A stretch of DNA of 64,000 nt, from positions 2,769 through 66,768 of the forward strand of contig CAYVYM010000004.1 in NCBI GenBank assembly GCA_964455705.1. The letters run 5' to 3'. The notes beneath the pieces were generated by a model. The model was given only the letters and a program-made list of their open reading frames with translations, was not told where the DNA came from and did no database searches. Of this stretch, positions 45,101 through 54,540 are shown in pieces; within the stretch, counting starts at the first letter, position 1, and each line of letters begins with the position of its first letter. The position numbers and the translations under genes were made by a program. This stretch comes from an uncultured Rikenella sp. (GTDB lineage: Bacteria > Bacteroidota > Bacteroidia > Bacteroidales > VadinHA17).

Positions 45101-46623
45101 CAGTGATGGCTCAGGATGCCTCAATGAAGATCAGTTTCCTGCAGACAAGGTACAGTTTCTCGGACAGCATACGTTTCACCCCGGAGGGAATCGTCTTCAG
45201 GAACATGCGATTCTATGATGAGCGGAGAAACCAGGGGACGATCAACGGTATGCTATCGCACAGGTCATTCAAGGATATGGGCATAAACTTTGACATCAAC
45301 ATGGACAAGATGCTTGTTCTGAATACCAGGCCCAAGGACAGCGACGGCTTCTATGGTACCGCATATGCATCGGGTTATGCAGGTATCAGGGGAGACGAAA
45401 ATAAACTCGCTTTCAATATATCGGCCAAAACGGCTGCCAACACTGAGTTCTTTATCCCCCTGAACTCATCTGCAAGCGTGAGCAACTATCCCTACATTAT
45501 CTTCATTGACTCCGAAAAGGAGGAGGAAGAGGTCATAGAGATCGGGAACACATTTGTCAGACAGGATCAGGCAAGTAACATAGAACTCAATTTTGACCTT
45601 GAAATAACACCTGAAGCTGAAGTGCAGCTTATAATGGATGCAACCACCGGAGGCGTCATCAGGGGGAAAGGAGAGGGAAACCTGAATATAAGTCTCAGTT
45701 CACGTGGCGATGTACGGATGGTAGGTGACTATATAATCAGGGACGGTGATTATCTCTTCACCCTGGGAAATATACTTAACAAGCGGTTCACGGTTGAGAA
45801 TGGCGGAACAATCTCCTGGAACGGCCCCATTGAGGATGCACAACTGAACCTGAGGGCAATTTACAAAACCAAGGCGTCGCTCTCCGACATCTACAACAAA
45901 CAAGAATTCCCGGAGCTTCAGGAACGGATCCCTGTGGAAGCTGTGCTCAACCTCAGTGGCAAGCTGCTCAATCCGGTAATAAAGTTTGATATACTCCTTC
46001 CCACGGCTGATGAGCGGACGAGGGAGTTATTGAGGATGGCCATTGACACGGAGGAGAAGCTTAGCAGGCAGTTCCTGTACCTGCTGGTGATGAACAGCTT
46101 TTATACTGACCCGGCTCTTTACAGCGCCTCCGGTTCCGGAGGCCAGGTTTCGCAGACAACGGGGCCGGGGGCAGAGATACTGGGAGTCACAACCACCACG
46201 GAGATGCTTTCAAACCAGCTCAGCAACTGGTTGTCACAGATCAGCAACGACTTTGACATAGGCTTCAACTACAGACCGGGTAACGAGATTACTGACCAGG
46301 AGGTGGAGGTTGCCCTCTCAACGCAGCTCCTGAATGACAAGGTAACCCTTAACGGCAATGTTGATGTCGGAGGTAACCAGTTCAACACCAATGCCAGCGC
46401 CATCAGCGGGGAATTTACAATAGAGGTCAGGCTCACCGACATGTTACGGTTCAAGGTCTTTAACCGTTCAAATAATAACCTATACTACCAGATGCATCCC
46501 TATACCCAGGGCGTGGGATTGTTTTACAGGCGAGATTTCGATACGCTGAAAGATCTGTTCATCAATCCTGAAGAACGAAGAAAAAGGAAAGCAGCAGAGC
46601 AGGCGGAGAAAGAGGGCAAATAA
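42109..46623 (+). CDS. tamB: Translocation and assembly module protein TamB-like
   Basis: 1504 aa with an N-terminal signal-anchor and long beta-rich repeats. The C-terminal DUF490-like region ends ...LTDMLRFKVFNRSN. It is divergent from tsaD, as is common in Bacteroidota. Confidence 0.8.
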   Translation: MAKSIKIIFRVLLIMTAVLIVVPSVLFLLLQAPRIQTFAVKQVTQAVSKKTGAKITIGRINYTMFRKIVLEDVFFEDQRGDTLLAVERVDLRIRQIRPSAQHYRFGRVDLRRPDLRLIQDTLGVMNLTQYLDNLLGDKEQDSTRRIEISFIDIDLHDGAFSLVNMSDTAGTRQGTVNFSNMRLTGIHGKMRDLKIIRDSVSMVIRGLAFSESGGFASRSLDMNISVGQKGLFFREFELLTDSSAISAEKIFLMPRDNESWGDFINSVRLDLHFNQSVLDASDLAYFVKPLEGMSEQITMSGRVSGTVAEMKGRNISIDYSSSTRLRFDYDIIGLPSISESYLYIDFKEMRTSAVDAEAFSIPGMKPLKLPVIAHDMGVISYNGSFTGFTTDFVSFGKLTTERGTFSTDLSLKPDGRNTFSFKGLLGASDVDLAYVTRNDEMFGGLWMHAEIDGSMQSFKHLSANINGMIDSVEINSYMYRNVSVAGRYADSIWDGTVAIKDRNIDMNIMGRFDLEKSMPEFDFTMNIAHADLTRLNLIKGDSIFNATALLTASFKGNRIDNIEGDLRLINSTLENTRGKLSIYDFLVTSGQVSGVPFLTLRSDFADAEVRGPYTIDAIGSTVKDMLARILPTLFPTTASVKKNGKSEAMFTLNARIKKIDKINEFLGTGVSISDGSILTGRFSSEFSEMEVDLTSTAITYAGTQLSHMHLTGLVSGAKMEIGLRADSFLLPDKSVLGNFTLGATGSNDTIDLGLRWDNKDEGRTIGELKAKGYFSINDMNRPVLTVGILPSELTVRNTAWSVNPGRFVIDSTSVLFDDILVNSRTSFIRVDGSLSSFSEDRLTMSFEGLNLSYLNNLKIENPQKDADAPEMTIGGVMKGSLTISDPFDELLFESNITISDFRLNNNDYGLVTVRSDWDPRKKIAAINVFNDFAGRKFFDISGTYTPSSKDADITASTYDMPLDILNPFLKAFASDVRGVGSGKVRLQGKLKQFTLTGSVMAQDASMKISFLQTRYSFSDSIRFTPEGIVFRNMRFYDERRNQGTINGMLSHRSFKDMGINFDINMDKMLVLNTRPKDSDGFYGTAYASGYAGIRGDENKLAFNISAKTAANTEFFIPLNSSASVSNYPYIIFIDSEKEEEEVIEIGNTFVRQDQASNIELNFDLEITPEAEVQLIMDATTGGVIRGKGEGNLNISLSSRGDVRMVGDYIIRDGDYLFTLGNILNKRFTVENGGTISWNGPIEDAQLNLRAIYKTKASLSDIYNKQEFPELQERIPVEAVLNLSGKLLNPVIKFDILLPTADERTRELLRMAIDTEEKLSRQFLYLLVMNSFYTDPALYSASGSGGQVSQTTGPGAEILGVTTTTEMLSNQLSNWLSQISNDFDIGFNYRPGNEITDQEVEVALSTQLLNDKVTLNGNVDVGGNQFNTNASAISGEFTIEVRLTDMLRFKVFNRSNNNLYYQMHPYTQGVGLFYRRDFDTLKDLFINPEERRKRKAAEQAEKEGK

Positions 46624-46748
46624 CATTTCAACAACTCCCCCGATTTTTCAACATCTGCATAATTAGAAGTCATAATGGACGTTTTTTATTATATTCGCGC
46701 GTTGATATAAAAAAGTAAGTCAAACAGTTAACAAATAAACCAAGGACA

Positions 46749-47429
46749 ATGATATTAGCAAGCATTTTATTACAGGGTACTGCAGTGGTAGAGGCAGGTG
46801 AAGAGGCAACTATGTCACTGGCTGATCTTTACCTTGCCGGCGGATGGGTGATGATCCTCATTACGCTGCTTTCGTTTGTGGCTTTGTACATTTTTGTCGA
46901 GAGGTACCTTGTCATCAAGAAGGCATCAAACAATGACGCCAACTTCATGAACCGGATAAAGGATTACATGTATGAAGGAAAGGTCGATGCAGCCTTACAA
47001 CTATGCAGAAAAACCAATTCGCCCCAGGCTAGGATGGTTGAGAAGGGCATCACCCGTCTCGGAAGGCCACTGGCTGATGTGACTGCCGCCATTGAAAACG
47101 TGGGCAGGCTCGAGGTGCATAAGCTTGAAAAGAGATTCCCAACCCTGGCAACAATAGCCGGTGCGGCTCCACTGATGGGATTCTTTGGTACGGTTATCGG
47201 GATGGTGCAGGCTTTTTATGAGATGTCGCTTGCCGGCAACAGCCTTGACATAAGCACCCTGAGCGGCGGTATCTATACAGCACTTATCACTACCGTCGGC
47301 GGTCTTATCCTTGGCATACTCGCATACTTCGGATACAATACCCTGGTTGTCAAGGTTGAAAATGTAGTTTTCCAGCTTGAGACAACCTCAACCGAGTTCC
47401 TTGACATCCTCAATGAACCTGTAAAATAG
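46749..47429 (+). CDS. exbB: MotA/TolQ/ExbB proton-channel protein
   Basis: 226 aa with three TM segments. The motif LATIAGAAPLMGFFGTVIGMV is present. Confidence 0.9.
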   Translation: MILASILLQGTAVVEAGEEATMSLADLYLAGGWVMILITLLSFVALYIFVERYLVIKKASNNDANFMNRIKDYMYEGKVDAALQLCRKTNSPQARMVEKGITRLGRPLADVTAAIENVGRLEVHKLEKRFPTLATIAGAAPLMGFFGTVIGMVQAFYEMSLAGNSLDISTLSGGIYTALITTVGGLILGILAYFGYNTLVVKVENVVFQLETTSTEFLDILNEPVK

Positions 47430-47435
47430 CTCCCG

Positions 47436-47828
47436 ATGGCAATTACAAACAAGAATAAAGTCAGTGTGAACTTCAGCAATGCGGGAATGTCGGATATTGT
47501 GTTCCTGCTGCTGCTTTTCTTCATGCTGACCTCTACCCTGGTACATCCGACGGCCCTCAAGCTGTTGCTGCCCAAGGGTACACTGCAGACCTCGGCACGC
47601 CCGATGACGACGGTCTCCATCACAAAGGATCTTCAGTATTACATTGAAGAACAGCCTATAACGATTGAAAACCTTGAAGCTGCCCTGCAGTCGAAGGTTG
47701 GAAGTAATCCTGAGATATATGTCTCGGTGCATGCTGACAGGAGTGTTCCTATTGAGTATGTAGTCAACGTAATGAATATTGCAGCAAAAAACCAGTATAA
47801 ACTAATACTTGCCACCACTCCAAAATAG
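47436..47828 (+). CDS. exbD: ExbD/TolR biopolymer transport protein
   Basis: 130 aa. N-terminal MSDIVFLLLLFFM TM segment containing Asp, followed by a periplasmic domain. Confidence 0.9.
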   Translation: MAITNKNKVSVNFSNAGMSDIVFLLLLFFMLTSTLVHPTALKLLLPKGTLQTSARPMTTVSITKDLQYYIEEQPITIENLEAALQSKVGSNPEIYVSVHADRSVPIEYVVNVMNIAAKNQYKLILATTPK

Positions 47829-48699
47829 CAGCAGAGAGCCTCTCACAAAGGAAAGGAAGCAGGGTCTGGCCGTAAGTGCGGTTACTCACATTCTGCTTGC
47901 CATTCTTATCTTATTGGTAACTTTCAAGGTAAAGATTCCCGAGCCTACCGAGGAGGGTTTGCTGGTCAATTTTGGTTTTGATCAGACCGGTGACGGTCTG
48001 TTTGAACCCGCCCCTCAGCCCTCATCACCGCCACCTCCCCCGCCATCTGCCGGTGCTGAAGGAGCTGACGAAGCGCTTCTGACGCAGGATTTTGAGGAGG
48101 CCGTGGAGGTAGAGAAGAAGGAGCCTTCACCGGAGGAGGTGAGGAGACTGGCAGAAGCGCGCGCGGCTGAGGTGAAAAGACGTGAGGAGGCTGAGACAGA
48201 GCGCAGGCGCATTGAGCAGGAGACTGCTGAAAGGCTCAGGCGCGAGGAGGAGCAGAAACGCATTGACCAGGCCAACGCCAGAGTCCGTGGTGCGCTTAGT
48301 AACACTCAAAATACGGGAACAACCGGTCAGAGTGAGGGCGTAGCCGGCGGAGCGGGTAACCAGGGGACGCCTTCAGGGACTCCTGGTGCCCCAAATTACG
48401 GCCCCGGAGGCGGTCAGGGCAACAGCAACATCTCTTATGACCTTAGCGGCAGGAGTGCCCAGTCGCTGCCGCGTCCTGTATATGACCTTCAGGTTGAGGG
48501 AAAGGTTGTCGTGGAGGTAACCGTTGACAAATCGGGAAAAGTGATTAATGCAGTTGCGGGTCGCCCGGGATCTACCACCCTCGACGCTACCCTTCTCAGG
48601 ATAGCACGTGAGGCGGCCCTGAAGGCTACGTTCAACAAAAGCAGCGAGGCACCTGAAATTCAGAAGGGGACTATCACCTACATTTTCAAGCTAAATTAG
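47809..48699 (+). CDS. TonB-like energy transducer
   Basis: It has an N-terminal TM segment, a Pro-rich stretch (PSSPPPPPPS), a charged E/R/K-rich segment, a G/N/T-rich linker and a C-terminal TonB-type domain. The only available start is the TTG at 47809, so the start is uncertain. Confidence 0.7.
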   Translation: MPPLQNSSREPLTKERKQGLAVSAVTHILLAILILLVTFKVKIPEPTEEGLLVNFGFDQTGDGLFEPAPQPSSPPPPPPSAGAEGADEALLTQDFEEAVEVEKKEPSPEEVRRLAEARAAEVKRREEAETERRRIEQETAERLRREEEQKRIDQANARVRGALSNTQNTGTTGQSEGVAGGAGNQGTPSGTPGAPNYGPGGGQGNSNISYDLSGRSAQSLPRPVYDLQVEGKVVVEVTVDKSGKVINAVAGRPGSTTLDATLLRIAREAALKATFNKSSEAPEIQKGTITYIFKLN

Positions 48700-48729
48700 T
48701 TGTTCAAGTTTGCTGAGGAAGGCCAGAGG

Positions 48730-48825
48730 CCCGGGTGCGGCTTGCGCCACCTTCAGGTATATGTACTCTCAGAATAGCCCGTGTGCGGGTAGTGCCACCA
48801 TCAGGTATTTGTACTTTCAGAGGAG
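48730..48825. repeat. Tandem direct repeat, 2 x 48 bp (39 of 48 positions identical)
   Basis: Unit 1 (48730-48777) is cccgggtgcggcttgcgccaccttcaggtatatgtactctcagaatag. Unit 2 (48778-48825) is cccgtgtgcgggtagtgccaccatcaggtatttgtactttcagaggag. The repeat lies between convergent genes, and unit 2 covers the stop and last two sense codons of the TauE gene. Confidence 0.8.
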
Positions 48826-49590
48826 GCCTGCCATAAGGTCGAAGACTCCGGTAAGTTTGAGTGCAGATGCCATTATTGCCACCAGCAGTATGATGCGGAC
48901 CACCTTCGGCCCCCAGCTGACGGCCACCCTGGATCCAAGCCACCCGCCAATTCCCTGACCAACTGCAAGTACAACTCCATAGAGATAATTTATCTGTCCG
49001 CTGATGATAAAGACTGTCAGCGCAACGGCCGTGAGAGCGGCGACTATCAGCACCTTATGGGCATTGGCCTTTGTCAGCCCCATCCCTGCCCCCATCACCA
49101 GGGCTGCGAGAAGGAAAAACCCCACTCCGGCCTGAATGAATCCTCCATATATGCCTATGAAGAAAAATATCACCATGACCCACCAGCGTCGCCGCGGGGT
49201 GATTGTGAGGGCATGGTCACGGACCCACTGTTCCGGCTTATACAGGATGATGAAGAACATTATGATGAGGAGTGCGCCTATCAGCGTCTCCATCATCCGC
49301 TCATTGATCCTTATTGCCAGGAGAGAGCCCAGTAGTGAACCTGCCAGGGCCGGGACAGCCATCCAGAGGGTTTCCCGTGAGGTGTAGAGCTTCTGACTGC
49401 GGAAGCTAAGGCTGCTGACAGCACTCTGCACGAAAACACCTATCCGGTTAGTTGCGTTGGCTATATTGGCCGGCAGGCCAAGGAACATCAGGAGAGGCAG
49501 TGTAATCAGTGACCCGCTGCCAGCCAGGGTATTCACAAATCCTGCAAACAGGCCTGCGGCAATGACGGCCAGGTACATATACCATTCCAT
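48817..49590 (-). CDS. TauE/SafE family sulfite/anion exporter
   Basis: 257 aa with about eight TM segments and an internal duplication pattern (GSGSLITLPLL ... GGFIQAGVGFF). Confidence 0.8.
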   Translation of the reverse strand: MEWYMYLAVIAAGLFAGFVNTLAGSGSLITLPLLMFLGLPANIANATNRIGVFVQSAVSSLSFRSQKLYTSRETLWMAVPALAGSLLGSLLAIRINERMMETLIGALLIIMFFIILYKPEQWVRDHALTITPRRRWWVMVIFFFIGIYGGFIQAGVGFFLLAALVMGAGMGLTKANAHKVLIVAALTAVALTVFIISGQINYLYGVVLAVGQGIGGWLGSRVAVSWGPKVVRIILLVAIMASALKLTGVFDLMAGLL

Positions 49591-49602
49591 AAGCGGATTG
49601 GG

Positions 49603-50001
49603 CTATCTGTCAAGGATCTCCTTGATTGCCATCTGGAGGTTATCTATCAGGTCTGTATCCTTGATGACATAATCTGCTATGCCCTTTCGTGCGAACTCGA
49701 GTACAATCTCTCCCTTTTCCTGGGCGGAGAGCATGATAACGGGAACTTCCGGAGCCAGCCGGGTGATCTCATCATATGCTTCCATCCCGTTCATTGGCAC
49801 TTCTCCCTGCTTCAGAAAATAATAATCGAGGATAATAAGATCAGGGATTTCATCGAGGGCTGCGATACAATCCTCAGCATAGGCGAACGATCTGACCCTG
49901 TATCCTGCACTCTCAAACCGGGCCGCAACCAGGCCCGTGATGACAGGGTCATCGTCAACCACAAATATTAGACTGTCGGTTTCGGGTCTAATTTTTTCCA
50001 T
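49603..50001 (-). CDS. Stand-alone response-regulator receiver domain protein
   Basis: 132 aa. It has the acidic pocket VVDDD, the phospho-acceptor context LIILDYYF and a conserved Lys in DYVIKD. There is no output domain. Confidence 0.85.
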   Translation of the reverse strand: MEKIRPETDSLIFVVDDDPVITGLVAARFESAGYRVRSFAYAEDCIAALDEIPDLIILDYYFLKQGEVPMNGMEAYDEITRLAPEVPVIMLSAQEKGEIVLEFARKGIADYVIKDTDLIDNLQMAIKEILDR

Positions 50002-50006
50002 GACAT

Positions 50007-50014
50007 CAAAAATA
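50007..50014 (-). promoter_or_regulatory. Possible -7 box, TATTTTTG (perfect TAnnTTTG), only 5 nt from the receiver gene ATG
   Basis: The reverse complement of CAAAAATA at 50007-50014. The ATG occupies 50001-49999. This spacing would imply a leaderless or near-leaderless transcript, and the match could be coincidental. Confidence 0.3.
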
Positions 50015-50034
50015 CAAAAGGAATTAATTAAATC

Positions 50035-51315
50035 CTATACTGCGAACAGAGGATAGTCCTTCATCATCTTAATCACTCTCTCACGGACGGATGCGATGGC
50101 AGCCTCGTTCTCAATGTTTTCAAGTACCTCATCAATAAAATGAACTATTTTACCCATATCGGTCTCCACCAGTCCTCGGGTGGTGACGGCCGGTGTGCCG
50201 ACCCTAAGTCCCGAAGTCAGGAAAGGTGAGCGTGAGTCAAACGGCACCATGTTTTTGTTCACCGTTATATGAGCCTTTACCAGTGTATTTTCGACCTTCT
50301 TCCCGGAGATCTCCGGGAAGCGGGTTCTCAGATCGATGAGCATAGAGTGGTTGTCTGTGCCTCCTGAGATGACCTTATAACCCAGAGTCATGAATGCTTC
50401 AGCCATCACCGCCGCGTTTCTTTTTACCTGCTGCTGGTACGACCGGAATTCCGGTGTCAGGGCCTCGGCGAATGAGACTGCCTTGGAGGCTATGACATGT
50501 TCAAGCGGTCCTCCCTGTATCCCCGGGAAGACTGCTGAGTTAAGCATGGCTGACATCATCTTTATCTCACCCTTGGGCGTGGTTACCCCCCATGGGTTGG
50601 GGAAGTCGCTGCCCATGAGAATAATTCCGCCGCGAGGTCCCCTGAGTGTCTTATGTGTTGTTGAGGTGACTATATGAGCATGCCTTAAAGGATTGTCAAG
50701 CAGTCCTGCTGCTATCAGTCCTGCCGGGTGAGCCATGTCGATCATGAGCATGGCCCCGCTTTTGTCAGCTATTGTACGCATCCTGGCGTAGTCCCACTCC
50801 CTGGAGTAGGCTGAGGCGCCTCCGACTATCAGTTTCGGCTTTTCCCTGAGGGCAATCTCCTCCATCATGTCATAGTCAACCCTTCCCGTCTCCTCCCTGA
50901 CTCCGTATGATACCGGCCTGTAAAGGATTCCCGAGGAGTTTACCGGTGATCCGTGAGAAAGATGTCCGCCGTGAGAGAGGTCAAGTCCCAGAAATGTATC
51001 ACCGGGTTTAAGTACGGTCAGAAAGACAGCCATGTTTGCCTGCGCGCCCGAGTGAGGCTGCACATTTGCGTATGCTGCGTTGAACAGCTGTTTGAGTCTG
51101 TCGATAGCCAGCTGCTCAACCTCGTCAACCACCTCGCAGCCTCCGTAATATCTTGCCCCGGGATAGCCCTCCGCGTATTTGTTGGTGAGTACCGAACCCA
51201 TTGCTTCAAGCACCTGCGGGCTGACGAAATTCTCAGATGCAATCAGTTCAATGCCGTCAGTCTGACGTCTGCGCTCTTTTTCGATCAGATCAAATATGGT
51301 TTTGTCTCTTTCCAT
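50035..51315 (-). CDS. glyA: Serine hydroxymethyltransferase
   Basis: 426 aa with IELIASENF, the PLP-Lys region [14 protein letters not shown] and GGHLSHG. Confidence 0.97.
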   Translation of the reverse strand: MERDKTIFDLIEKERRRQTDGIELIASENFVSPQVLEAMGSVLTNKYAEGYPGARYYGGCEVVDEVEQLAIDRLKQLFNAAYANVQPHSGAQANMAVFLTVLKPGDTFLGLDLSHGGHLSHGSPVNSSGILYRPVSYGVREETGRVDYDMMEEIALREKPKLIVGGASAYSREWDYARMRTIADKSGAMLMIDMAHPAGLIAAGLLDNPLRHAHIVTSTTHKTLRGPRGGIILMGSDFPNPWGVTTPKGEIKMMSAMLNSAVFPGIQGGPLEHVIASKAVSFAEALTPEFRSYQQQVKRNAAVMAEAFMTLGYKVISGGTDNHSMLIDLRTRFPEISGKKVENTLVKAHITVNKNMVPFDSRSPFLTSGLRVGTPAVTTRGLVETDMGKIVHFIDEVLENIENEAAIASVRERVIKMMKDYPLFAV

Positions 51316-51381
51316 GATACTTCCTTAAATAATTGAATATGCTACCGGTCCCCGGATTGGTGATCGCAGCAAGATCAGCAG

Positions 51382-51389
51382 CAAATATA
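51382..51389 (-). promoter_or_regulatory. Bacteroidota -7 box, TATATTTG (perfect TAnnTTTG), upstream of glyA
   Basis: The reverse complement of CAAATATA at 51382-51389. It lies 66 nt upstream of the glyA ATG (51315). Confidence 0.4.
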
Positions 51390-51428
51390 CATTTAAAATT
51401 AATTTTATCCATGAGCCCGTTGTTGCTG

Positions 51429-53213
51429 TCACTCCTCTGAGAATTGTTTAAGCAACTCACGGTAGGCTGAGAATATCCTTGATTTGGAGATGAATCCCAC
51501 ATACTGTCCATTGTCGAGCACCGGCAGGTTCCAGGCCCCGGTCCGTTCAAAGGCTGACAGCACCGCATCTCCCCTCTCGCTCAAATCGATGTATGAAGGA
51601 GGTATTGTCATGAGATCCCTGACAGTGAGCTTGTCATAGAGTTCCGGGTTGAACATCTTGTCACGTACATCATCAAGGAGTACAACTCCTTCCAGGATAT
51701 TGAGCTCATCAACCACAGGAAATATATTGCGGTTCGACTTTGATATCTGTTTTACAAGGTGGCCCAGTGTGTCATCAGGACTGACTGTAAGAAGGTCTTT
51801 TTCCACCTCTTTTGACCAGTCAAGCAATATCATTACAGCCTTGTCCTTGTCATGGGTTATCAGTTCACCGCTGGCAGCCAGCTGTTCACTATAGATAGAG
51901 TGCTTCTGAAAGGTTCTGGCGGTGATAAAAGCCGTTGTTGAGGTTATAATAAGCGGAATCAGCAGTCCGTACCCTTCTGTTATCTCGGCTATAAGGAATA
52001 TTGCTGTCAGTGGTGCATGGAGCACAGCGGCGAAAACCCCTGCCATAGCCGTGAGTGTGAAGCTGCTCTCTACAAGGGAGATTCCGAAGAGATGGTTAAT
52101 GAGACTGCAGAAGAAATATCCGGCAACACCTCCAGTGAAGAGAGTCGGAGCAACTATGCCTCCCACACCACCTGCTCCGTTAGTGGAGGCTGTGGCAACG
52201 ACTTTCAGGATGAGCAGCGCGGCCATCAGCGCCGCAAACACCCAGAAGCCGGAGACCGCATCGCCAAAAACTGCGGTTCCCTTAGCCATTTCTCCCTCGT
52301 TGTTAAGCAGGACCATCACCGTATCATAACCTTCGCCATAGAGTGCCGGGAGAAAGTAGATAAGCCCTCCGAGAATTAATCCTCCGATCATCAGCCTGAC
52401 CCAACGACTCTTTATCTTTTTGTAGACCTTCTCAATTCCAATCGTAGCCTTTGTGAAATAAAGCCCCACTAACCCGCAGATAACTCCCAGGATGAGGTAA
52501 TAGGGCAGTTCGCTGAGAAGAAAGCCGTGCTTCACCTGGAATGAGAAGAGCACGTTAGCACCCATAAAAAAATAGGCGACGGTGGCAGCGGTGACCGAGG
52601 ATATCAGCAGTGGCACAATTGATGACATGGTCAGGTCAAGCATCAGTACCTCAAGGGTAAAAAGTATGCCGCCGATGGGGGCCTTGAAGATCCCGGATAT
52701 AGCTCCTGCAGCGCCGCAGCCGAGAAGGAGGGTCACATATTTGTAATTCAGGTTAAAATATCGTCCGACATTTGAGCCGATGGCAGCACCCGTTAGTACA
52801 ATAGGGGCCTCTGCTCCCACTGAACCTCCGAACCCAATTGTCAGGGAACTGGTGAGTATTGACGACCAGGTGTTATGCCTTCTGATATAGCTTTTACGTC
52901 TTGAGATGGCATATAGCACTCTGCTTACCCCGTGAGAGATGTTGTCACGAACGACGTATTTGACAACCAGCACCGTGAGGAAAATACCAAAAAGCGGATA
53001 GACAAGCGAAAGGACTCCCCCTGCTCCTTTCATTACTCCCTGGGTGAACATGTCATGTGTAAAATGAATGGCATTTTTCATAAACACCGCTGCGAGCGCG
53101 CTGACAAGTCCAACCACGAAACTGAGCAGGTATATCAGAGTCTGCTGGTCGGCAAAAAAAGTTTGGATATGTCTTAGTTTCCTTATTATCAGAGTATTCA
53201 AGGTTCCTCGCAT
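51429..53213 (-). CDS. ClC-family chloride channel/transporter with C-terminal CBS pair
   Basis: Motifs GFGGSVGAEAP, GIFKAPIGG and GGIVAPTLFTG, followed by two CBS-like modules. I trimmed the start to the ATG at 53213. The longer ORF-track form runs into the divergent M16 gene, and a perfect -7 box lies 23 nt upstream of 53213. Confidence 0.85.
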   Translation of the reverse strand: MRGTLNTLIIRKLRHIQTFFADQQTLIYLLSFVVGLVSALAAVFMKNAIHFTHDMFTQGVMKGAGGVLSLVYPLFGIFLTVLVVKYVVRDNISHGVSRVLYAISRRKSYIRRHNTWSSILTSSLTIGFGGSVGAEAPIVLTGAAIGSNVGRYFNLNYKYVTLLLGCGAAGAISGIFKAPIGGILFTLEVLMLDLTMSSIVPLLISSVTAATVAYFFMGANVLFSFQVKHGFLLSELPYYLILGVICGLVGLYFTKATIGIEKVYKKIKSRWVRLMIGGLILGGLIYFLPALYGEGYDTVMVLLNNEGEMAKGTAVFGDAVSGFWVFAALMAALLILKVVATASTNGAGGVGGIVAPTLFTGGVAGYFFCSLINHLFGISLVESSFTLTAMAGVFAAVLHAPLTAIFLIAEITEGYGLLIPLIITSTTAFITARTFQKHSIYSEQLAASGELITHDKDKAVMILLDWSKEVEKDLLTVSPDDTLGHLVKQISKSNRNIFPVVDELNILEGVVLLDDVRDKMFNPELYDKLTVRDLMTIPPSYIDLSERGDAVLSAFERTGAWNLPVLDNGQYVGFISKSRIFSAYRELLKQFSEE

Positions 53214-53236
53214 AAATAAAAAGCCTGTCCCTGACA

Positions 53237-53244
53237 CAAATATA
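53237..53244 (-). promoter_or_regulatory. Bacteroidota -7 box, TATATTTG (perfect TAnnTTTG), upstream of the ClC gene
   Basis: The reverse complement of CAAATATA at 53237-53244. It lies 23 nt upstream of the ATG at 53213. Confidence 0.45.
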
Positions 53245-53298
53245 GAATAAAATGAGGAGCAGATGTTTATTTTGGTAAGTTTGAAATATTTTGGATGT

Positions 53299-54540
53299 AT
53301 GATCAGATTCGAGAGGCATACGCTTGGTAACGGACTGAGGGTGATTGCACACCATGATGAAGGGACTCCCATGGTCACTTCAAATATCCTGTATGATGCG
53401 GGTTCACGCGACGAGGATCCTGAAGCGACAGGTTTTGCACATCTTTTTGAGCATCTCATGTTTGGAGGCACGGCCAATGTACCCGTTTTTGATGGCCCGG
53501 TGATGATGGCGGGAGGTGAGAACAACGCATTCACCAACAATGATCTTACAAATTACTATATCACACTTCCTGCAAATAATCTGGAGACTGCTCTATGGCT
53601 GGAAGCAGACAGAATGACAGGCCTCGATCTGTCCGAAGGCAGGCTGATTACCCAGAAGAGTGTCGTCACCGAGGAGTTCCGGCAGCGGTACCTCAACCAG
53701 CCCTATGGTGATATCCTGCTGTTGCTGCGGCCACTGGCATACAAGGTGCATCCCTACCGCTGGCCCGCAATAGGAATGGATGTCAGTCATATTGAAAGGG
53801 CTGACAGCGGATCGCTCCGGCGGTTCTACAGAAGGTATTATAACCCCTCTAACGCCATTCTGAGTGTCGCAGGCAATGTAGCTCCGGACGATGTCTTCAG
53901 GATGGCAGACAGATGGTTTGGTGCTATTCCGGCCGGGGAGAGCAACGGCAGGGTCCTGCCGGTGGAGCCACCTCAGGATGAACGCCGGGAGATAACTGTG
54001 CACCGTCCGGTACCGGCCACTCATCTGATCATGACCTTCCACACTGACGTCAGAAGCAGTCGTGAATTTTATATCCTTGACCTCCTTACTGATATCCTCG
54101 CAGGCTGTGACTCAGGACGTTTTCCGGAGCAGCTGGTGAGGAGAAGGGAGATCTTTGCCGAGGCAGACATCTATCTCTCCGGCGAGCTCGATCCGGGGCT
54201 GGTTATCTTCAGTGGCAGACTGAAGGAGGGTGTTGATATTAAAAAAGCAGAAGCAGCGGTGACTGAGGAGCTTGGGAAGCTGACAACAGGCAGGGTCACG
54301 ACCGCGGAGCTGGAGAAGGCACGTAACCGTTATGAATCACACAGGTTGTTGTCATATCTCAATGCCTCCAGTAAAGCCTTCAGCCTGGCATTTCATGAAC
54401 TGCTCGGCGATGCAGAGGGAATAAACCGCGAGACAGAGCAATACATGAGCGTTACCGCGGACGAGATCGCAGACACCTCAGCACGGGTATTCAGTCCCAT
54501 GAATTGCAGTGTGATACATTATATGAAGGAGGAGCTATGA
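53299..54540 (+). CDS. M16 (pitrilysin) family zinc peptidase, catalytic subunit
   Basis: Inverted zinc motif HxxEH in FAHLFEHLMFGG, with a downstream Glu region. I prefer the ATG at 53299 (MIRFERHTLGNGLRV). Confidence 0.85.
   Translation: MIRFERHTLGNGLRVIAHHDEGTPMVTSNILYDAGSRDEDPEATGFAHLFEHLMFGGTANVPVFDGPVMMAGGENNAFTNNDLTNYYITLPANNLETALWLEADRMTGLDLSEGRLITQKSVVTEEFRQRYLNQPYGDILLLLRPLAYKVHPYRWPAIGMDVSHIERADSGSLRRFYRRYYNPSNAILSVAGNVAPDDVFRMADRWFGAIPAGESNGRVLPVEPPQDERREITVHRPVPATHLIMTFHTDVRSSREFYILDLLTDILAGCDSGRFPEQLVRRREIFAEADIYLSGELDPGLVIFSGRLKEGVDIKKAEAAVTEELGKLTTGRVTTAELEKARNRYESHRLLSYLNASSKAFSLAFHELLGDAEGINRETEQYMSVTADEIADTSARVFSPMNCSVIHYMKEEL

Noticed and set aside
53214-53540. The N-terminal 109-codon extension of the ClC ORF as listed in the ORF track
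   Set aside because: The extension overlaps the divergent M16 gene and reads as non-protein-like sequence. A perfect -7 box sits 23 nt upstream of the internal ATG at 53213, which gives a typical ClC N-terminus.
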